From Planctomycetota bacterium (lineage in GTDB: Bacteria; Planctomycetota; GCA-002687715; CAIWVZ01): a stretch of 30,660 nt of DNA. This document shows, one piece after another, positions 30,208-30,660 of the stretch. The notes under the pieces were generated by a model, which saw only the letters and a program-made list of their open reading frames with translations, was not told the origin of the DNA and made no database searches. The DNA lies in the NCBI GenBank assembly GCA_035626575.1, contig DASPNK010000456.1, positions 1-30,660 of the forward strand. The letters run 5' to 3'. Position 1 is the first letter of the stretch, and each line of letters starts with the position of its first letter. The position numbers and the translations under genes are program-made.

Positions 30208-30660
30208 ATGGCGCGTAGAAGACGAGCCGGCTTGGACAAGATCCAGGAGAGCTACGAAATCGACTTCACGTCGATGATCGACGTGACGTTCCAGCTCCTG
30301 ATCTTCTTCATGCTCACCCTCAAGTTCAAAGTGCTCGAGGGCAAGCTGCAGTCATTGCTGCCGGCGGACAAAGGTCTGTCGAGCAAGCAGGAACAGATCG
30401 AATTCGAGGATCTTGAGATCATCCTCAAGGTGCTTGAAGAGGATAAGGGAAAGCCCGCCAGCGAGCGGCGCGTCCGCTACTTCCGGAACAAGAGCAACAC
30501 GCCCTTCGGCGTGTCGACCCCGGAATGGGATGCCGAGCGGAAGCAGTTCAAATGCGATCCGCCCGACACCATGGACCGCATCCGCGCGCACATGAAGTCG
30601 GTGCGCGAAGCGGCGCCGGAGGCGAAGGCGAAGATCAATGCGTGGCCGGAGGTGCCGAAC
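30208..30660 (+). CDS. ExbD/TolR-family protein 2, truncated by the window end
   Basis: Not in the ORF track. ATG 30208 with GAGGGAG SD: MARRRRAGLDKIQESYEIDFTSMIDVTFQLLIFFMLTLKFKVLEGKLQSLLP...; TM Asp D25; open to base 30660. Confidence 0.88.
   Translation, partial: MARRRRAGLDKIQESYEIDFTSMIDVTFQLLIFFMLTLKFKVLEGKLQSLLPADKGLSSKQEQIEFEDLEIILKVLEEDKGKPASERRVRYFRNKSNTPFGVSTPEWDAERKQFKCDPPDTMDRIRAHMKSVREAAPEAKAKINAWPEVPN

Noticed and set aside
28811-30660. Flagellar stator motAB
   Set aside because: The partners have ExbD/TolR-type TM motifs and no OmpA-like peptidoglycan-binding domain is visible; no flagellar genes in the window.
1-30660. Mobile elements, prophage, defence systems, rRNA
   Set aside because: No transposase, integrase, phage, toxin-antitoxin, restriction or rRNA signatures seen anywhere in the window.

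Overview
High-GC bacterial window, most likely from an uncultured-type Planctomycetota genome (inferred from the BamA insertion, the LpxC-FabZ and PilM-PilN fusions and the TPR/ExbB/2xExbD block). Layout: (1) 1-2248, minus strand: two membrane-protein genes, one GT-C-like and truncated by the window edge. (2) 2275-2962: tRNA-Gln(UUG) and tRNA-Gln(CUG), separated by a terminator, a 4 x 33-bp palindromic tandem repeat and a clear sigma70 promoter. (3) 3034-16221: one long, tightly coupled plus-strand run, glmU-rplY-pth-rpsF-rpsR-rplI-dnaB-bamA-skp-lpxD-lpxC/fabZ-lpxA-GnnA-like dehydrogenase-small lipoprotein; prs, ssb, gnnB and lpxB are absent from their usual slots. (4) A divergent GT2 glycosyltransferase / family-4 uracil-DNA glycosylase pair. 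(5) 17949-30660: an envelope-machine cluster made of a degenerate PilM-PilN fusion, a PilO/Amuc_1100-like protein, a membrane-anchored FN3 protein, a lipoprotein TPR-secretin, two exported TPR proteins, one ExbB/TolQ and two different ExbD/TolR. No pilin, PilB/PilT ATPase or PilC platform is visible in the window. Block 5 is the best candidate for an undescribed system: a secretin conduit possibly driven by a proton motor rather than ATP. That link is inferred from adjacency only, and the window ends inside the cluster. All family calls come from recognising motifs by eye; no searches were run.
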